A DNA stretch of 64,000 nt from assembly GCA_964019335.1 (NCBI GenBank), contig OZ025712.1, positions 437,614 through 501,613 of the forward strand. The letters are read 5' to 3'. Numbering within the stretch: position 1 is the first letter of the stretch; every line of letters begins with the position of its first letter. This document shows positions 11,521-22,384 of this stretch, piece by piece. The notes beneath the pieces are model-generated. The model was not told the origin of the DNA. It searched no databases and saw only the letters and a program-made list of their open reading frames with translations. The position numbers were made by a program, and so were the translations under genes. Origin of the DNA: Diplonema japonicum (taxonomy: Eukaryota; Protista; Euglenozoa: Diplonemea).

Positions 11521-12435
11521 ATGTCGTTTCCCTTGGGTGGTGACGCGCTGCTCTTCACGAGCAAGAACAAATGGGAGACGTGTACAATCGAGGAGCGCAC
11601 TGGCAGGAGCACCTACAATGTGACTGTAGATGGATCCAGGGTTGAGGCAAGCCAGAAGGATATGAAGCAAGTGGTGACAAAGACGCTGCGAAATGACGGA
11701 ATCCATGCAAGCGATGGGAAGCTGGTGGCACCAGGCACCAAGTATGACGGGTGGCGTGTGTACAGCATGGGGCAGGACAAGGTGGTGGCGTATCCGAGTG
11801 GAGAGGAGGGGGACTTGTACTGGCTGGTGGCGCACCTGCAGGGATTCTACGACACTGTGCAGAGCGAGGAGGATGCGTACCAGGCAGGCATGCTGTTCGC
11901 AGGGCAGCACAGCAACCTGTACAAAGCGTTAAGCACGAAGTACCCCAACAACAAGGAGGCTCTGCAGTGGCTTGACAAGTTCACCACGACCTTCCTCGAG
12001 GAGGCTATGAGGGGTATCACAAGCATGTACCCCATGTCAAAGATAGAGGCAGCCTGGAAGAAGAACGGAAACATACACACAAGGACACGGAATGACATGC
12101 ACTTCCAGTTCGATGATAATCAAAAACTGCTCTCAGTGTGGACAACTCCCATCTGCTGCTGCTTCTGCTCATGCATGGCAAGGAAGCGCACGTACCCCTA
12201 CTCCCAGATCAAGAACCTCTCTCAAAGACACCACAACACCTATGGATGCCTTGCTGAACATAACGGCAGAACGCAGTACTTCTATTACATCCAGCTGACC
12301 GGCAGCGACGATGTGCTTCTGGACCAGGGCTGCTTCTCGAAGGGTCCACCGATGAACACCTGGCTTAACCAGAGAATAGGGAAATCTGCAGAGTTGCACA
12401 CTGAAGGGCCTTACTTGGGTTCTCATCATTATTGA
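11521..12435 (+). CDS. Hypothetical 304-aa protein with a Cys cluster (CCCFCSC)
   Basis: Long ATG ORF with coding-like codon use, preceded by a pyrimidine tract and CAG acceptor. Confidence 0.75.
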   Translation: MSFPLGGDALLFTSKNKWETCTIEERTGRSTYNVTVDGSRVEASQKDMKQVVTKTLRNDGIHASDGKLVAPGTKYDGWRVYSMGQDKVVAYPSGEEGDLYWLVAHLQGFYDTVQSEEDAYQAGMLFAGQHSNLYKALSTKYPNNKEALQWLDKFTTTFLEEAMRGITSMYPMSKIEAAWKKNGNIHTRTRNDMHFQFDDNQKLLSVWTTPICCCFCSCMARKRTYPYSQIKNLSQRHHNTYGCLAEHNGRTQYFYYIQLTGSDDVLLDQGCFSKGPPMNTWLNQRIGKSAELHTEGPYLGSHHY

Positions 12436-13203
12436 ATTTTCTCTGTGCTTTTTTTCTTTCTTTTTCACAACCCCTCTTTCTTGCTATGGGGGGAAAGGGG
12501 GAAAAAAAAAGAGAAAAAAAGGGGGGAAACCGATATTTATTCCATCCCCAACGTTGTTTTTCACTAATAAAAAGTGGTTCTTTTATGACTTAGGTATTTG
12601 TTGTTCGTTTTAAAAAAAAGTTTCAAACTCTTTTATGAACGATAAATATATGGGAAAAAACGGGGGGGGCAAGACATTTATTATCTAAAACACTGGGACC
12701 TCCTTGTTCTCGCGGGCTTTCATTTTTTTAATGAAATACTGGAGCCTCAGCGTGGAAATATAAATGAAAAAAGAAGAAAAAGTCGTCCAGCGTCAGGTGA
12801 TTTTCTGGCTGGAAACAAGAAAAAAAAAAGTCCTTAGTTAGTTGTTGGAAATAATATCGGATATCGCCTCCTTTTTTAAATGTGAATGTCTCTCTCTCTC
12901 TCTCTTTTTTTTCTTTTTTTTTTTCTTTCTTTTTTTTTTCTTTTTTTAATTTTTGCTCGCAAACACTCGAGGAAAGCACGAAAAAAGATGCGACCTATAA
13001 AAAAAAAAAGAAGAAGAAACACACGCGTCCTCTGCACTCATGCACCTCGATTATATCTTTCTCTAAATTGTAACCGCCAACCAGTTACGTGTTTGTCTTT
13101 GTCGTTGTGTGGCGGTCTTTCTCATATCACCTCCCCCAGTTCTCCCATACTGTTCTTCCTATTCTCCTTTCTGACTACTGAATGCCACTCAGGAAGGGCC
13201 AAT

Positions 13204-13438
13204 ATGCGAGCAGTACTAGAAGAGACTATGAACAGCAGCCCCAAAGGGGGGAAGGTATGCTGTGTCTTTTACTCTCTTTTTACGTAAATTGCAGAACACT
13301 GTTTGTAAATTCCAGTCCATAGTAGTTGGGTGTGGGCTGCTGGTATGCGATGTGCTTGTTCATACTTCATATACTTATACACAACAGTTGCTGCTGCTCT
13401 CGATGATTTACAAAACCATCCAACCGGGTAGGAAATAA
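13204..13438 (+). CDS. Predicted 49-aa single-TM microprotein; introns 13255-13294 and 13343-13387
   Basis: Two phase-0 GTATGC..CAG introns give MRAVLEETMNSSPKGGKNTVCKFQSIVVGCGLLLLLLSMIYKTIQPGRK*. Confidence 0.65.
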
Positions 13439-13721
13439 GTGGGCCGTTTAACTGGTGTACGAGGCCATACCATGCTGAGGCACAGCCTGCACCCTTGAGT
13501 ATGGCAGGCCGAAGGTGCAGACAGCTCTGCAAAAAGGATAGGATGTGTTAATGAAAGAGGAAGCCAACGGCGTTCCTGTTGCACTTTTCATTTCCCCCTC
13601 CCCCTGTTCATATTTGTTCTTTCTTCGTTCCTTTTCCCATATGACCTTTCTACACCCTCTGCAGTGCATGGTTGCCTTCGCCACATGATACCACTCAGGA
13701 TGCCGTGCTAGAGACACAGTA

Positions 13722-16700
13722 ATGCCTATAATATGCATCGAGCACAATCGTGAAAGTGCCATCACGGATGCGAGTGACTTCAAGAGTCTAGAGAACGAAG
13801 CGAAGCAGACCTTCGGTGTTGTTGGGGGGCGGTTCTGGGCGGTGGTGGACGGGAAGAAGATCGAAGTGAAGGGTGACGAGGGCCTCTCCAGGCTGAGCAC
13901 GTTGGTGGAGGACTGCCGCGTGGCTGTGAGCGACGGGTTCCCAATCGTCTTGGTAGAGGGGCGCTCCAGCAGAGCCTCAACGGGCTCCGTCAGCAAACAA
14001 ATGATGAGCACCCCAGACCCCCCCGCACGCAGCAGAGAGAACATTGTGTCTAGCCATGTGGCACCCCCAACGATGACAACGGCGGAGGATGTCGTGCAGC
14101 CCCAATCCTCACAGCCACGCACCATCACATCCATCACCCTCAAGATCCTCTCTGCACAGGGACTCCCCGACAAGGATGGCATCGGGCTCTCCGACCCCTT
14201 CTGCATTATCGACTTCCCCTCGCAGCCACAGCAGAAAACGCCCGTCATCGACGGGAACCTGAACCCCGTGTGGGACTACACAGCAACATACAACATGCCA
14301 GCAGGCACCACTGCAGCATCTCCAATCACAGTAAAGCTGACAGTGAAAGATGACGATACCGTCGGCAGCGACCTGCTTGGCATCACTGATATAGTGCTGA
14401 CGGATGCGCTGTTTCAAGAAAGCAGTACGAATGCAAAACAAATAACTCAAGGACTGAAGGATAACAAAGGCAAGTCGACAGGGAGCATCATGGTTGAGGT
14501 AAAGACGGTGTTGGCACCTTTGCCCAAAGCACCTGTCAAGCAAGCTGTTCCGCAGCATACAGAGCCTGCTACGCCAGTTCCGACTGCGGCCCCCGCGGCA
14601 CCATCTACGGGTGCGAGCGCAGCTCCCGCAAACCCTTCAGCTCCTTCGGGAGCTCCTGCACAGGCAGCCACACCTCCCGCAGTAATCGACTCTATCGACT
14701 TCTGCGTCCTCTCTGCCCAAGGGCTGCTCGACAGGGACGGCATAGGGCTCTCCGACCCATACTGCATCATTGACTTCCCCTCGCAGCCTCAGCAGCAGAC
14801 GCCTGTCATCGACGGGAACCTGAACCCCGTGTGGGACTACACAGCAACATACGACGTCAAGAGCCTGCTGCAAGGAGGTAGTAAAAAACCTATAGTGGTG
14901 AAGCTGACTGTCAATGACTCTGATCCTGTAGGGAGCGACCTTCTAGGTGTGTGCGAGGTCTTGCTAACACCGACTCTGTTGCAGTCTGCTGTGGGGAAAC
15001 AGAAGAAGATATCGATCCAGCTGAAAGACGAAGAAGGGCGGATAGGCAAGGCTGGTGTGATACAAGTGGGTGTGGAATGTCTCCAAGCGGTACCTGAAAA
15101 ACCTGCAGCAGCAGCTAAAGCGAAGCCACCAGTGGACTTCAAATGCCCTGAAATCATGGAAGTGACGATCGCCAAAGCCATCGACCTTGTAGACGCTGAC
15201 AGCATAGGGACCAGCGACCCTTTCGTGACTGTGGAGATGGACGGGCACCCCATGCACACCACAGCTGTCGTCGATAACACGCTTCGCCCTGTGTGGGATC
15301 ACAAGCTTGCTTACGAGCTGAAGGGCAACGTGAACCCCCTACTGAAGCTCACTGTTTACGACTCCGACCCAATTGGGAAGGACTTCTTAGGCTATGCTGA
15401 GGTACAGCTTACACCGGACATACTGCATAAGTCTCTTGATGCACCTCAGAAGGTCACATCCTTCCTCATAGGGCGACCGGGCAATGCAGAGGATGCGAAG
15501 TGGATTGAACAGAATGGCGGGAAGCACCATCAGGGGAAGATCTACGTAACTGCGACATGCATGCGGAGCCTACCCACTTCAGAGAAGATCGCAGCAGTGA
15601 AGAAGAAGGATGTTGGACCCCTTCCCGACGTGCTGAACCTCGTAGTTATCAAGGCGTCCGGCCTCAAAGACATGGACACTTTGGGGGGCAGCGATCCCTA
15701 CGCTGTGGTGGCTTGCAATGGCTTCGATCCGCAGCAGACCACTGTTATTGACGGTACCTCGGACCCTGTCTGGAACCAGCACATGGTGTACAACCTCAGC
15801 GAAGGTCGCACGCAGTACGACTTCGGTGTGACACTGTATGACTCGGACCCTGTGGGGAAGGACCTTCTCGGGGTAGTGCAGCTTAAGGTTGGTGAATCGC
15901 TGCTTTACAGCACGTTAGGAAAGTCCTCGCAGTACGTGCTGCCCGTCAAGAACGAGGACGGCAGCGACGGAGAAGGGAAGCTGTTCGTCAGCATTAGCAC
16001 AATGAGAAGCGCATCAGGGAAGGCAGACACAGGCCCCGTGAAGGGCCCGTGCCCAGACGTGATGGAGGTGGTCATCAAGAACGCCGTTGGCCTCGTGGAT
16101 CGTGACTCGTTTGGGGAGAGCGACCCTTTCGTGAGGATCGAGCTGCCTGGTCATCCTAACCACCAGACACCGGTCATCGACGGGACACTGACACCCACTT
16201 GGGGTCACAAGGTAATGTACCAGCTAAAGGGAAAAGACGAGCACAAGCTGAAGCTTACTGTCCTTGACTCCGACCCTGTAGGTGAGGATTTTCTGGGTTT
16301 TTGCGAGTTCCAGGTTACGCCACAAATCCTGCGCAGGGCCCTGAAGAGCGAGCAGAGCATGGTAGGGAAGCTGACTGTGAGGCCCTCGAATGCAGATGAC
16401 AAGAAATGGGCTGACAAACTGAAAAACCCAAAAGAGCTAGGGAGAATCTTTATCGGGTTGAATGCGATACCCAAAGCACCCAGCTTGAAGACGGGCAAGC
16501 CCAAGTGGTTATATGTGAATATCATAAAGGCAACGGGTCTTGCGGACCGGGACATGGTGGGAGGCTCCTCTGATCCACTCGTTGTGTTGGATGTTGAGGG
16601 CCAAACACCGCAGCAAACTGAGGTAGCTTCTGGGGAGGCCCCGGAGTGGAACCAGGAGCTTGCCGTAGAGATACAGCAGGGCGACACACTGCACTTCACA

Positions 16701-17612
16701 GTGTTCGATGACGACGTGACAGGTAAGGACTTCCTGGGATACGCCAGTGTGCAGGTCGTGGCAGATCACTTTTCTTCAGAGAACACGAAATTGTCGTGCG
16801 ACCTGCAACCGCGGGCGGGGAACAAATCAGATGCAAAGTTTGCAAAGAAGCAAAATGGCAGGCTAGGGAGACTATTCGTCGAGCTGAGCCCGGGCATGGC
16901 GCAGAAGCGAGTCATCGTCGAAGAGAAGACAAAGCCGAAGCCCGTGCCCGAGCCCATCAAGCCCAAACCGCAGCCGGTAGCAAGGCCAGAGCCCAAACCA
17001 GCCCCAAAGCCGAAGCCAGAGCCCAAACCGGTCCCAAAGCCGAAGCCGAAGCCGACACCCGCACCGCCAGCACCTGCACCCGTACCTGTGCCGGTGCCCA
17101 ACCCTGTCCCCGTTCCCCAGAACGGGAAGCTTGACGATGACGACGAGTTCCCTCTGAATGACGCTGCTGAGGCGGAAGCACTGAAGGAGCTGCTAAGTAT
17201 CAGCCCTGTGACACGGAGTAAGGCAGCGCTTTATGTTGGTAAAGAGTGGAAGAACTGGTCGTGGCAACAGCGCATAACAGTAGCAAGACAGGTGGCCGCT
17301 GGTGCCACCATCGATCATACAAGCATGCATGCATCTCCCTCTGCTGTGCTGAAGCCTTCAGATGAAGAGCGAGTACTGCAGAAGAAATTCGACAGATTGT
17401 GGGGAGCAGGCACAGTACCACGACCACCGAGCCCTACACGGATCGATAAAATTGTGGAAGAGAGAAGAACCCAAGCACTGCGGGACTTAGAGGAAGAAAG
17501 GGCACGGAGAGAACTGCTTGAGGTGTGCAAGAATACACACAACAACACAACACAGGTGACAACGCGCAAGACGAATGGGCCGCAAGTACCAAAACGCAAG
17601 ACAGCATGGTGA
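13722..17612 (+). CDS. Multi-C2-domain protein (6 C2 domains) with Pro/Lys-rich tail; probable in-frame intron 17523-17555
   Basis: Six repeats of the D.D..G.SDP...T.V....P.W...V.D.D..G.DFLG Ca-binding C2 signature. Confidence 0.92.
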   Translation: MPIICIEHNRESAITDASDFKSLENEAKQTFGVVGGRFWAVVDGKKIEVKGDEGLSRLSTLVEDCRVAVSDGFPIVLVEGRSSRASTGSVSKQMMSTPDPPARSRENIVSSHVAPPTMTTAEDVVQPQSSQPRTITSITLKILSAQGLPDKDGIGLSDPFCIIDFPSQPQQKTPVIDGNLNPVWDYTATYNMPAGTTAASPITVKLTVKDDDTVGSDLLGITDIVLTDALFQESSTNAKQITQGLKDNKGKSTGSIMVEVKTVLAPLPKAPVKQAVPQHTEPATPVPTAAPAAPSTGASAAPANPSAPSGAPAQAATPPAVIDSIDFCVLSAQGLLDRDGIGLSDPYCIIDFPSQPQQQTPVIDGNLNPVWDYTATYDVKSLLQGGSKKPIVVKLTVNDSDPVGSDLLGVCEVLLTPTLLQSAVGKQKKISIQLKDEEGRIGKAGVIQVGVECLQAVPEKPAAAAKAKPPVDFKCPEIMEVTIAKAIDLVDADSIGTSDPFVTVEMDGHPMHTTAVVDNTLRPVWDHKLAYELKGNVNPLLKLTVYDSDPIGKDFLGYAEVQLTPDILHKSLDAPQKVTSFLIGRPGNAEDAKWIEQNGGKHHQGKIYVTATCMRSLPTSEKIAAVKKKDVGPLPDVLNLVVIKASGLKDMDTLGGSDPYAVVACNGFDPQQTTVIDGTSDPVWNQHMVYNLSEGRTQYDFGVTLYDSDPVGKDLLGVVQLKVGESLLYSTLGKSSQYVLPVKNEDGSDGEGKLFVSISTMRSASGKADTGPVKGPCPDVMEVVIKNAVGLVDRDSFGESDPFVRIELPGHPNHQTPVIDGTLTPTWGHKVMYQLKGKDEHKLKLTVLDSDPVGEDFLGFCEFQVTPQILRRALKSEQSMVGKLTVRPSNADDKKWADKLKNPKELGRIFIGLNAIPKAPSLKTGKPKWLYVNIIKATGLADRDMVGGSSDPLVVLDVEGQTPQQTEVASGEAPEWNQELAVEIQQGDTLHFTVFDDDVTGKDFLGYASVQVVADHFSSENTKLSCDLQPRAGNKSDAKFAKKQNGRLGRLFVELSPGMAQKRVIVEEKTKPKPVPEPIKPKPQPVARPEPKPAPKPKPEPKPVPKPKPKPTPAPPAPAPVPVPVPNPVPVPQNGKLDDDDEFPLNDAAEAEALKELLSISPVTRSKAALYVGKEWKNWSWQQRITVARQVAAGATIDHTSMHASPSAVLKPSDEERVLQKKFDRLWGAGTVPRPPSPTRIDKIVEERRTQALRDLEEERARRELLEVCKNTHNNTTQVTTRKTNGPQVPKRKTAW

Positions 17613-17721
17613 TTTTATTTGTTTATGTCTAGTTAGTAAATTTGTACGATTGCGTACTTTGTAATATTTATTTTACCGTTGCCCGCATGGTGGCTGCTAC
17701 TGTTTTAGGGAACATAGTAAG

Positions 17722-17985
17722 ATGGTCCGGATTGCGCCAAAGGCACCACCCAAAAGGGGTTTGGTGATGGGGACGCTGTGGTTTTTGCTGAAGATGGTGG
17801 CGCTCTTTGTACTTCTCGCTTTCGTCATTTCGTTCGTGAAGGTTGGCTTCTGTTCCATGTATGTTGCCTATTTTTCTTTTCACGTTGTATGACACCACAG
17901 AACCGCCGCCGAGACATCGCTGTTCCCCGATCCCAGCAAGGAAGAGTCGCCGTACCAGGTCTTCGTCGACTGTGTCATGAACTAG
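17722..17985 (+). CDS. Predicted 73-aa single-TM microprotein; intron 17859-17900
   Basis: Removing a GTATG..CACAG intron gives MVRIAPKAPPKRGLVMGTLWFLLKMVALFVLLAFVISFVKVGFCSITAAETSLFPDPSKEESPYQVFVDCVMN*; acceptor TTTTAG just upstream. Confidence 0.65.
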
Positions 17986-18099
17986 GGGTTAAGGCCAGCA
18001 GTTAGTGTAATGAGACCTCTAGCCCCCCTTATGAGAAGGGATGTTACAGTGTTTGTGCTCGTGCATCACACAGCCACACAGCACTCAGGAGGGGTCGAT

Positions 18100-19362
18100 A
18101 TGTCGGAACCAACAAAAAAGAGGAAGACAGATGATGGGAAGAAGAAGAAAGAAGTACCAAGCGTGAATCCCAGTGGAGGGTGCGACGTGTGGCTGCCGAA
18201 GAAGAACAGGTTCTGCAGATTCGAGAAGAGCACCGGACGGTACTGCGGGCACCACATCGAGGAGCGAGTGCCTTGTCCTGTGAACCCGAACCACACAATC
18301 AAGCGCGACCAGTTAGATGAGCACGTCATCGTGTGCAGCGACAGGCACATGCTGCCCCCGGAAGACGAACCCTACTATGAAAAGGGTGTCAATGAAGGCA
18401 TCAAAGGAGAAAACCCCCCAAAGAGGCCCCAGTCCACTGTTACCCTTACACCCGATTTGCTCGAGCAGCAGGTGATTGAGATCATTGAAAGTTTCACTTT
18501 GCCGTCTGACATCGAAAACTGCCGTTACACGTGGCCGCCTGGCGGAGCGGTGGAAGAAAAGGACGAGACAGCCGGCAATGATGACAATCTCAAACACGAC
18601 GAGAAGCACGAGCACCAGATAGGATCTCTGTTGGGCCACTTACACGCTGAAGGAGTTCTCCCAAGCAGGAGTGTGTCTGTAAAATTGAAAGGCCCTGTTG
18701 ACTGTGAGAAGGCCGAGGCAGAGGGCGAAAACGAGGGTGAGAGTGAGAAGTACAGGTACATGGAGTTCGGGGCAGGGAAAGGTGCCCTGTCTGTTTCGAT
18801 CGCGCGAGTGCTGTACGGCGAGGGAACAGAGGGTGGCAAGATAGTCCTGATCGATCGGTCCAATTTCCGGAGGAAGTGCATCCACCCTAATCTAGACAGG
18901 GTTTTCATTGATCTGCGTGACCTAAAGCTTCAGACACTCATGGGCACCGCCAAGCCCGTGGTGGGCTTCTCCAAACATCTGTGTGGCGTAGCAACAGACT
19001 ACACTCTATCCTGCTTCTTAAACTCCCCCGATGTTCCCTTAGCGTGCTTGTCGATCGCCCTCTGTTGCCACCATCGGTGCATCTACAAAGACTACATCAA
19101 CAGACCCTTCCTCACAGCGCTGGGGATCTACGACGAGCACTTCAAAATGCTCACTAAGATCTCGTCTTGGGCCGTTGACGGCGGCGGGAGAACTGAGGTC
19201 GAGTCGCATAAGACAAAGCTCGGGAGGAAGGCAAAACGGTTGCTAGACTTCGGCAGAATGCAGAAGATGACTGAACAAGGCTACAAGTGCAAGCTGCTGC
19301 ACTACATCGACACCCGCCATACACCTGAAAACTGCCTCATGCTTATCAGTAAGACGTCTTAG
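18100..19362 (+). CDS. TRM13: tRNA position-4 2'-O-methyltransferase Trm13
   Basis: N-terminal CCCH and CHHC zinc fingers, EFGAGKG SAM motif, SKHLCGVATD, CCHH, TPEN. Confidence 0.93.
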   Translation: MSEPTKKRKTDDGKKKKEVPSVNPSGGCDVWLPKKNRFCRFEKSTGRYCGHHIEERVPCPVNPNHTIKRDQLDEHVIVCSDRHMLPPEDEPYYEKGVNEGIKGENPPKRPQSTVTLTPDLLEQQVIEIIESFTLPSDIENCRYTWPPGGAVEEKDETAGNDDNLKHDEKHEHQIGSLLGHLHAEGVLPSRSVSVKLKGPVDCEKAEAEGENEGESEKYRYMEFGAGKGALSVSIARVLYGEGTEGGKIVLIDRSNFRRKCIHPNLDRVFIDLRDLKLQTLMGTAKPVVGFSKHLCGVATDYTLSCFLNSPDVPLACLSIALCCHHRCIYKDYINRPFLTALGIYDEHFKMLTKISSWAVDGGGRTEVESHKTKLGRKAKRLLDFGRMQKMTEQGYKCKLLHYIDTRHTPENCLMLISKTS

Positions 19363-19433
19363 TGAATCATCATAGATAGCAGTGCCACTACTTAACTCAT
19401 ACAGGAAATGAAAAAAAGTCAAGACCAGGCACC

Positions 19434-21161
19434 ATGACACGTTTAGTGAAGCTGCTGATGGTGATCGTGGCGACATCGCTGATGGTCACGGTGCTGACCA
19501 TGCCGAAGGGGGTGCGCGAGGGGCCAGGCACTCAGCGACACGAAATAATTCAAAGTACACGAAGAAGCGTCATAGCGGTACCAATTACGGAAGTAGGGGG
19601 ATCAAGCGACATACCTAATAATTTCCAAGCACTCGGTTTCAAATCGGAGAAGTGCGCGGACGACGACAGCGAGGCGCTGAGGACAGTAACAACAGAAGGT
19701 GTGGAGGAATGTCTGGAACTCTGCAAGGAAAGAAGGAAATGCAAGTGGGTTGTTTGGAAAGATAAAGAATCTGCCTGCATCATGCTTGCTCGATGCAGTG
19801 CCGGGATGGCCTTCAGAAAGGAAACCAAAGGACCACAGGGCCCTTCTCTTACGATAAAGAGCCACAGCGATTTGAAGACCGCAGTCTGGGTCACGATACA
19901 GAACATAAAACACAAGAACTATGTCTCGCTGCCGTACGACACCAACCCAGCAGGTAGGGCAATCAAACTTGTGCCGCACGAGACACATGCTGTTGCAGGG
20001 TGGGCGTTCCAGACAGTCCTGGGCACGTACGTGTCAGCAGAAGGCAACGGGTTCCTGTCGGCAGACAGACGCAAACCGCGCTCAATGGAACACTTCACGA
20101 TAGAGTTCATTGGGAAACCCACCGACACAGGAGATGTAGCCATCATCAGGTGTACAAAGTCCAGAAAGCTAGTATTAGGCAACAAGAACATGAAAATGCA
20201 GTCCCGTGTGGCCACCCAGGACGATTCTGCAACCCACTTTGTCATCAAGAGGACGGACCCGCCCGGACCAGATACGGTTTTGAAACAAAACAGGGACCAT
20301 AACGTGTGCAAACACATCGAAACACTGGCAGGGGACCCACTACTACTCTTCACATCGCCCAAACCTGTGCAAGACGCCTACAGCGAGAGACACGCAATGG
20401 TACTCTCCAACTGGAAGCGCCTTCCTTGCTTTACGCCACTCATCATCAGCGACCACACAAACACACTTGCCGTCTCTGCAGAGCACAACGTGGAGACAGA
20501 CAACAGGCTTGAAATACAGGACAAGTATTCCCAGCCTACTTACAGGGGGCTCTTCGCAACTGCTTTCAAGCACTCGGAAGCTCGTTACGCCATGTACTCC
20601 AACAGCGACATCATGTACTCCACGAACCTGGCAGAGACCGTTGAGGCAGTCCTGAAGTTCAAAGCAGCAGGGACCTACAAGGATGCACCGCTGCTACTTG
20701 TTGGTCAGCGCACCAACGTGGCGGTCGACGATGACTGGGAGATGCGTGGTGACAACTGGTACGAAGCTGTAGAAGAGCTCGAGAAGAAGGGGAAGCTGTT
20801 CCAGCCAGATGCGGAGGACTTCTTCTTCGCCTCGAAGGACCTTGCCAAGTGGAAGGACATGCCTGACTTCGTTGTGGGCGGCGCTGCTTTCGACAACTGG
20901 TTTGTTGCGAAGTCCGTGAAAACGAGCAACGCCCTCACCGTCGATGTGACGAGGACCGTCACAGCAGTACACATGGATCACGAAACACATAGAGCTTGCG
21001 GCTCCAAGTGCTCGTTGTCAACACCAAAATCAGCTTATAACACGAAGCTTGCAAACAGCCACGGAGGGACAGCCAGGGGGACAACAGGCGACTGTGAATA
21101 TGCCACAGTGCGAACGCTGAAAGGGATACAAATTTTAAAAAGAGACCAATTCTACATCTAG
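19434..21161 (+). CDS. Type II membrane protein: PAN/apple domain, fascin-like beta-trefoil segment and putative glycosyltransferase domain
   Basis: N-terminal TM; EECLELC..C.WV PAN pattern; TYVSAEGNGFLSADR..EHF fascin pattern; YSNSDI, DFFF, FVVG..FDNWFV, AVHM motifs. Confidence 0.72.
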   Translation: MTRLVKLLMVIVATSLMVTVLTMPKGVREGPGTQRHEIIQSTRRSVIAVPITEVGGSSDIPNNFQALGFKSEKCADDDSEALRTVTTEGVEECLELCKERRKCKWVVWKDKESACIMLARCSAGMAFRKETKGPQGPSLTIKSHSDLKTAVWVTIQNIKHKNYVSLPYDTNPAGRAIKLVPHETHAVAGWAFQTVLGTYVSAEGNGFLSADRRKPRSMEHFTIEFIGKPTDTGDVAIIRCTKSRKLVLGNKNMKMQSRVATQDDSATHFVIKRTDPPGPDTVLKQNRDHNVCKHIETLAGDPLLLFTSPKPVQDAYSERHAMVLSNWKRLPCFTPLIISDHTNTLAVSAEHNVETDNRLEIQDKYSQPTYRGLFATAFKHSEARYAMYSNSDIMYSTNLAETVEAVLKFKAAGTYKDAPLLLVGQRTNVAVDDDWEMRGDNWYEAVEELEKKGKLFQPDAEDFFFASKDLAKWKDMPDFVVGGAAFDNWFVAKSVKTSNALTVDVTRTVTAVHMDHETHRACGSKCSLSTPKSAYNTKLANSHGGTARGTTGDCEYATVRTLKGIQILKRDQFYI

Positions 21162-21214
21162 GATCCCTCGTTAGTCTTTATTTACAGCCCCTTATACGGC
21201 CTCAGAAGGTGTTA

Positions 21215-22339
21215 ATGAAATGCCCACGCTCAGCCAGGCTGCGTGTGAAATACCAACAAGGACAAGTGAGCATCCTCCCTGCACTCATACAGGAGCTCGA
21301 TCGTGAAGGAAACAGAAGAGGCATAGCACAGCTAAAAGCAAAATTCAAAGGGAAGGGGAATGTGGACTTGCTTGTTGCCTTTTGCAAGGTGAGGCTGGTG
21401 CCCGAGAGTCTTGCAAAGGAGGTGCACCAGCAGGTACGACACGATGTTTACGAAGATGTGGTGAAGGTGGCTATGTGTGTAAACAAGGCGCGAGTAGAGA
21501 TGGCACACTTCTCTAAATTTATGGACAGGGCAGCCCGGGTGTGGACCATCGACATCAGGGCACCGTGGGACTTTGCTGTTGTGGCGCAGGCATGCGTCAA
21601 TCTCCGGGTGCCGTTGCCCGTGCTGCTACCCGTAGATTACGACCTTCTAGTCTCGACAGCATGTGAATCCCCCCCCTCATCTTTGGTTTCAGCCGCGTTG
21701 GTTGGCGTGGACCACGGTCTCCCGCCTGACCTCATGCACACAGTTACTACAGAACTTGCAGCACGCAAGTCTATTTCCTTCTCTCAGTACGAAACATCTC
21801 TTGTATCATGGTTTGCATCTCAATATAAGCACCCTGAAGCGCTGTCGGTGCTGAACGCGTGTTTTAGAGCAGCTTCACAGTGGACTGTAGACTCACGTGA
21901 CAGTCGTGTGGGTTATAAATACTCCACTATTCTGTTTGCTGGCCATGCCATGGGTGTCATCACTGCCCCCATCCTGGACAGAATCCTCGTTCATGCCTTA
22001 CAGGACGGACTACGGTTCTGGAAACCGCAGCATCTCTTGAGCATTGTCATGGCATGTTCTCTACATCTCAAGCAGTCAGGGGACAGGCACCCTTTGCTTC
22101 AGCACCTTGCCACTCATATCACGCCCACTATGGTTCCACTCTTCGTTGCTAATATTATGCTCCAATACTGGCCGTGTCCACCCCCACCTGCTCTGGCTGA
22201 AGGCATCATTCTCCGCAAATCCTGCCTCCCCCCACTTGACCGCAGGAATGCTTCACTGCTTAAGCGCCACGGCAAGCCGCGTGAAAACCCGCACCCCTTG
22301 AAGCAATACGAGAAAAACCGCGACTGGAGGTGGGAGTAG
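21215..22339 (+). CDS. Hypothetical helical protein
   Basis: ~375-aa ORF in cluster orientation; no recognised motif. Confidence 0.65.
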   Translation: MKCPRSARLRVKYQQGQVSILPALIQELDREGNRRGIAQLKAKFKGKGNVDLLVAFCKVRLVPESLAKEVHQQVRHDVYEDVVKVAMCVNKARVEMAHFSKFMDRAARVWTIDIRAPWDFAVVAQACVNLRVPLPVLLPVDYDLLVSTACESPPSSLVSAALVGVDHGLPPDLMHTVTTELAARKSISFSQYETSLVSWFASQYKHPEALSVLNACFRAASQWTVDSRDSRVGYKYSTILFAGHAMGVITAPILDRILVHALQDGLRFWKPQHLLSIVMACSLHLKQSGDRHPLLQHLATHITPTMVPLFVANIMLQYWPCPPPPALAEGIILRKSCLPPLDRRNASLLKRHGKPRENPHPLKQYEKNRDWRWE

Positions 22340-22384
22340 TTATTGACATGGAATTCATACTTACTTACTTGCAACAGGATACAC

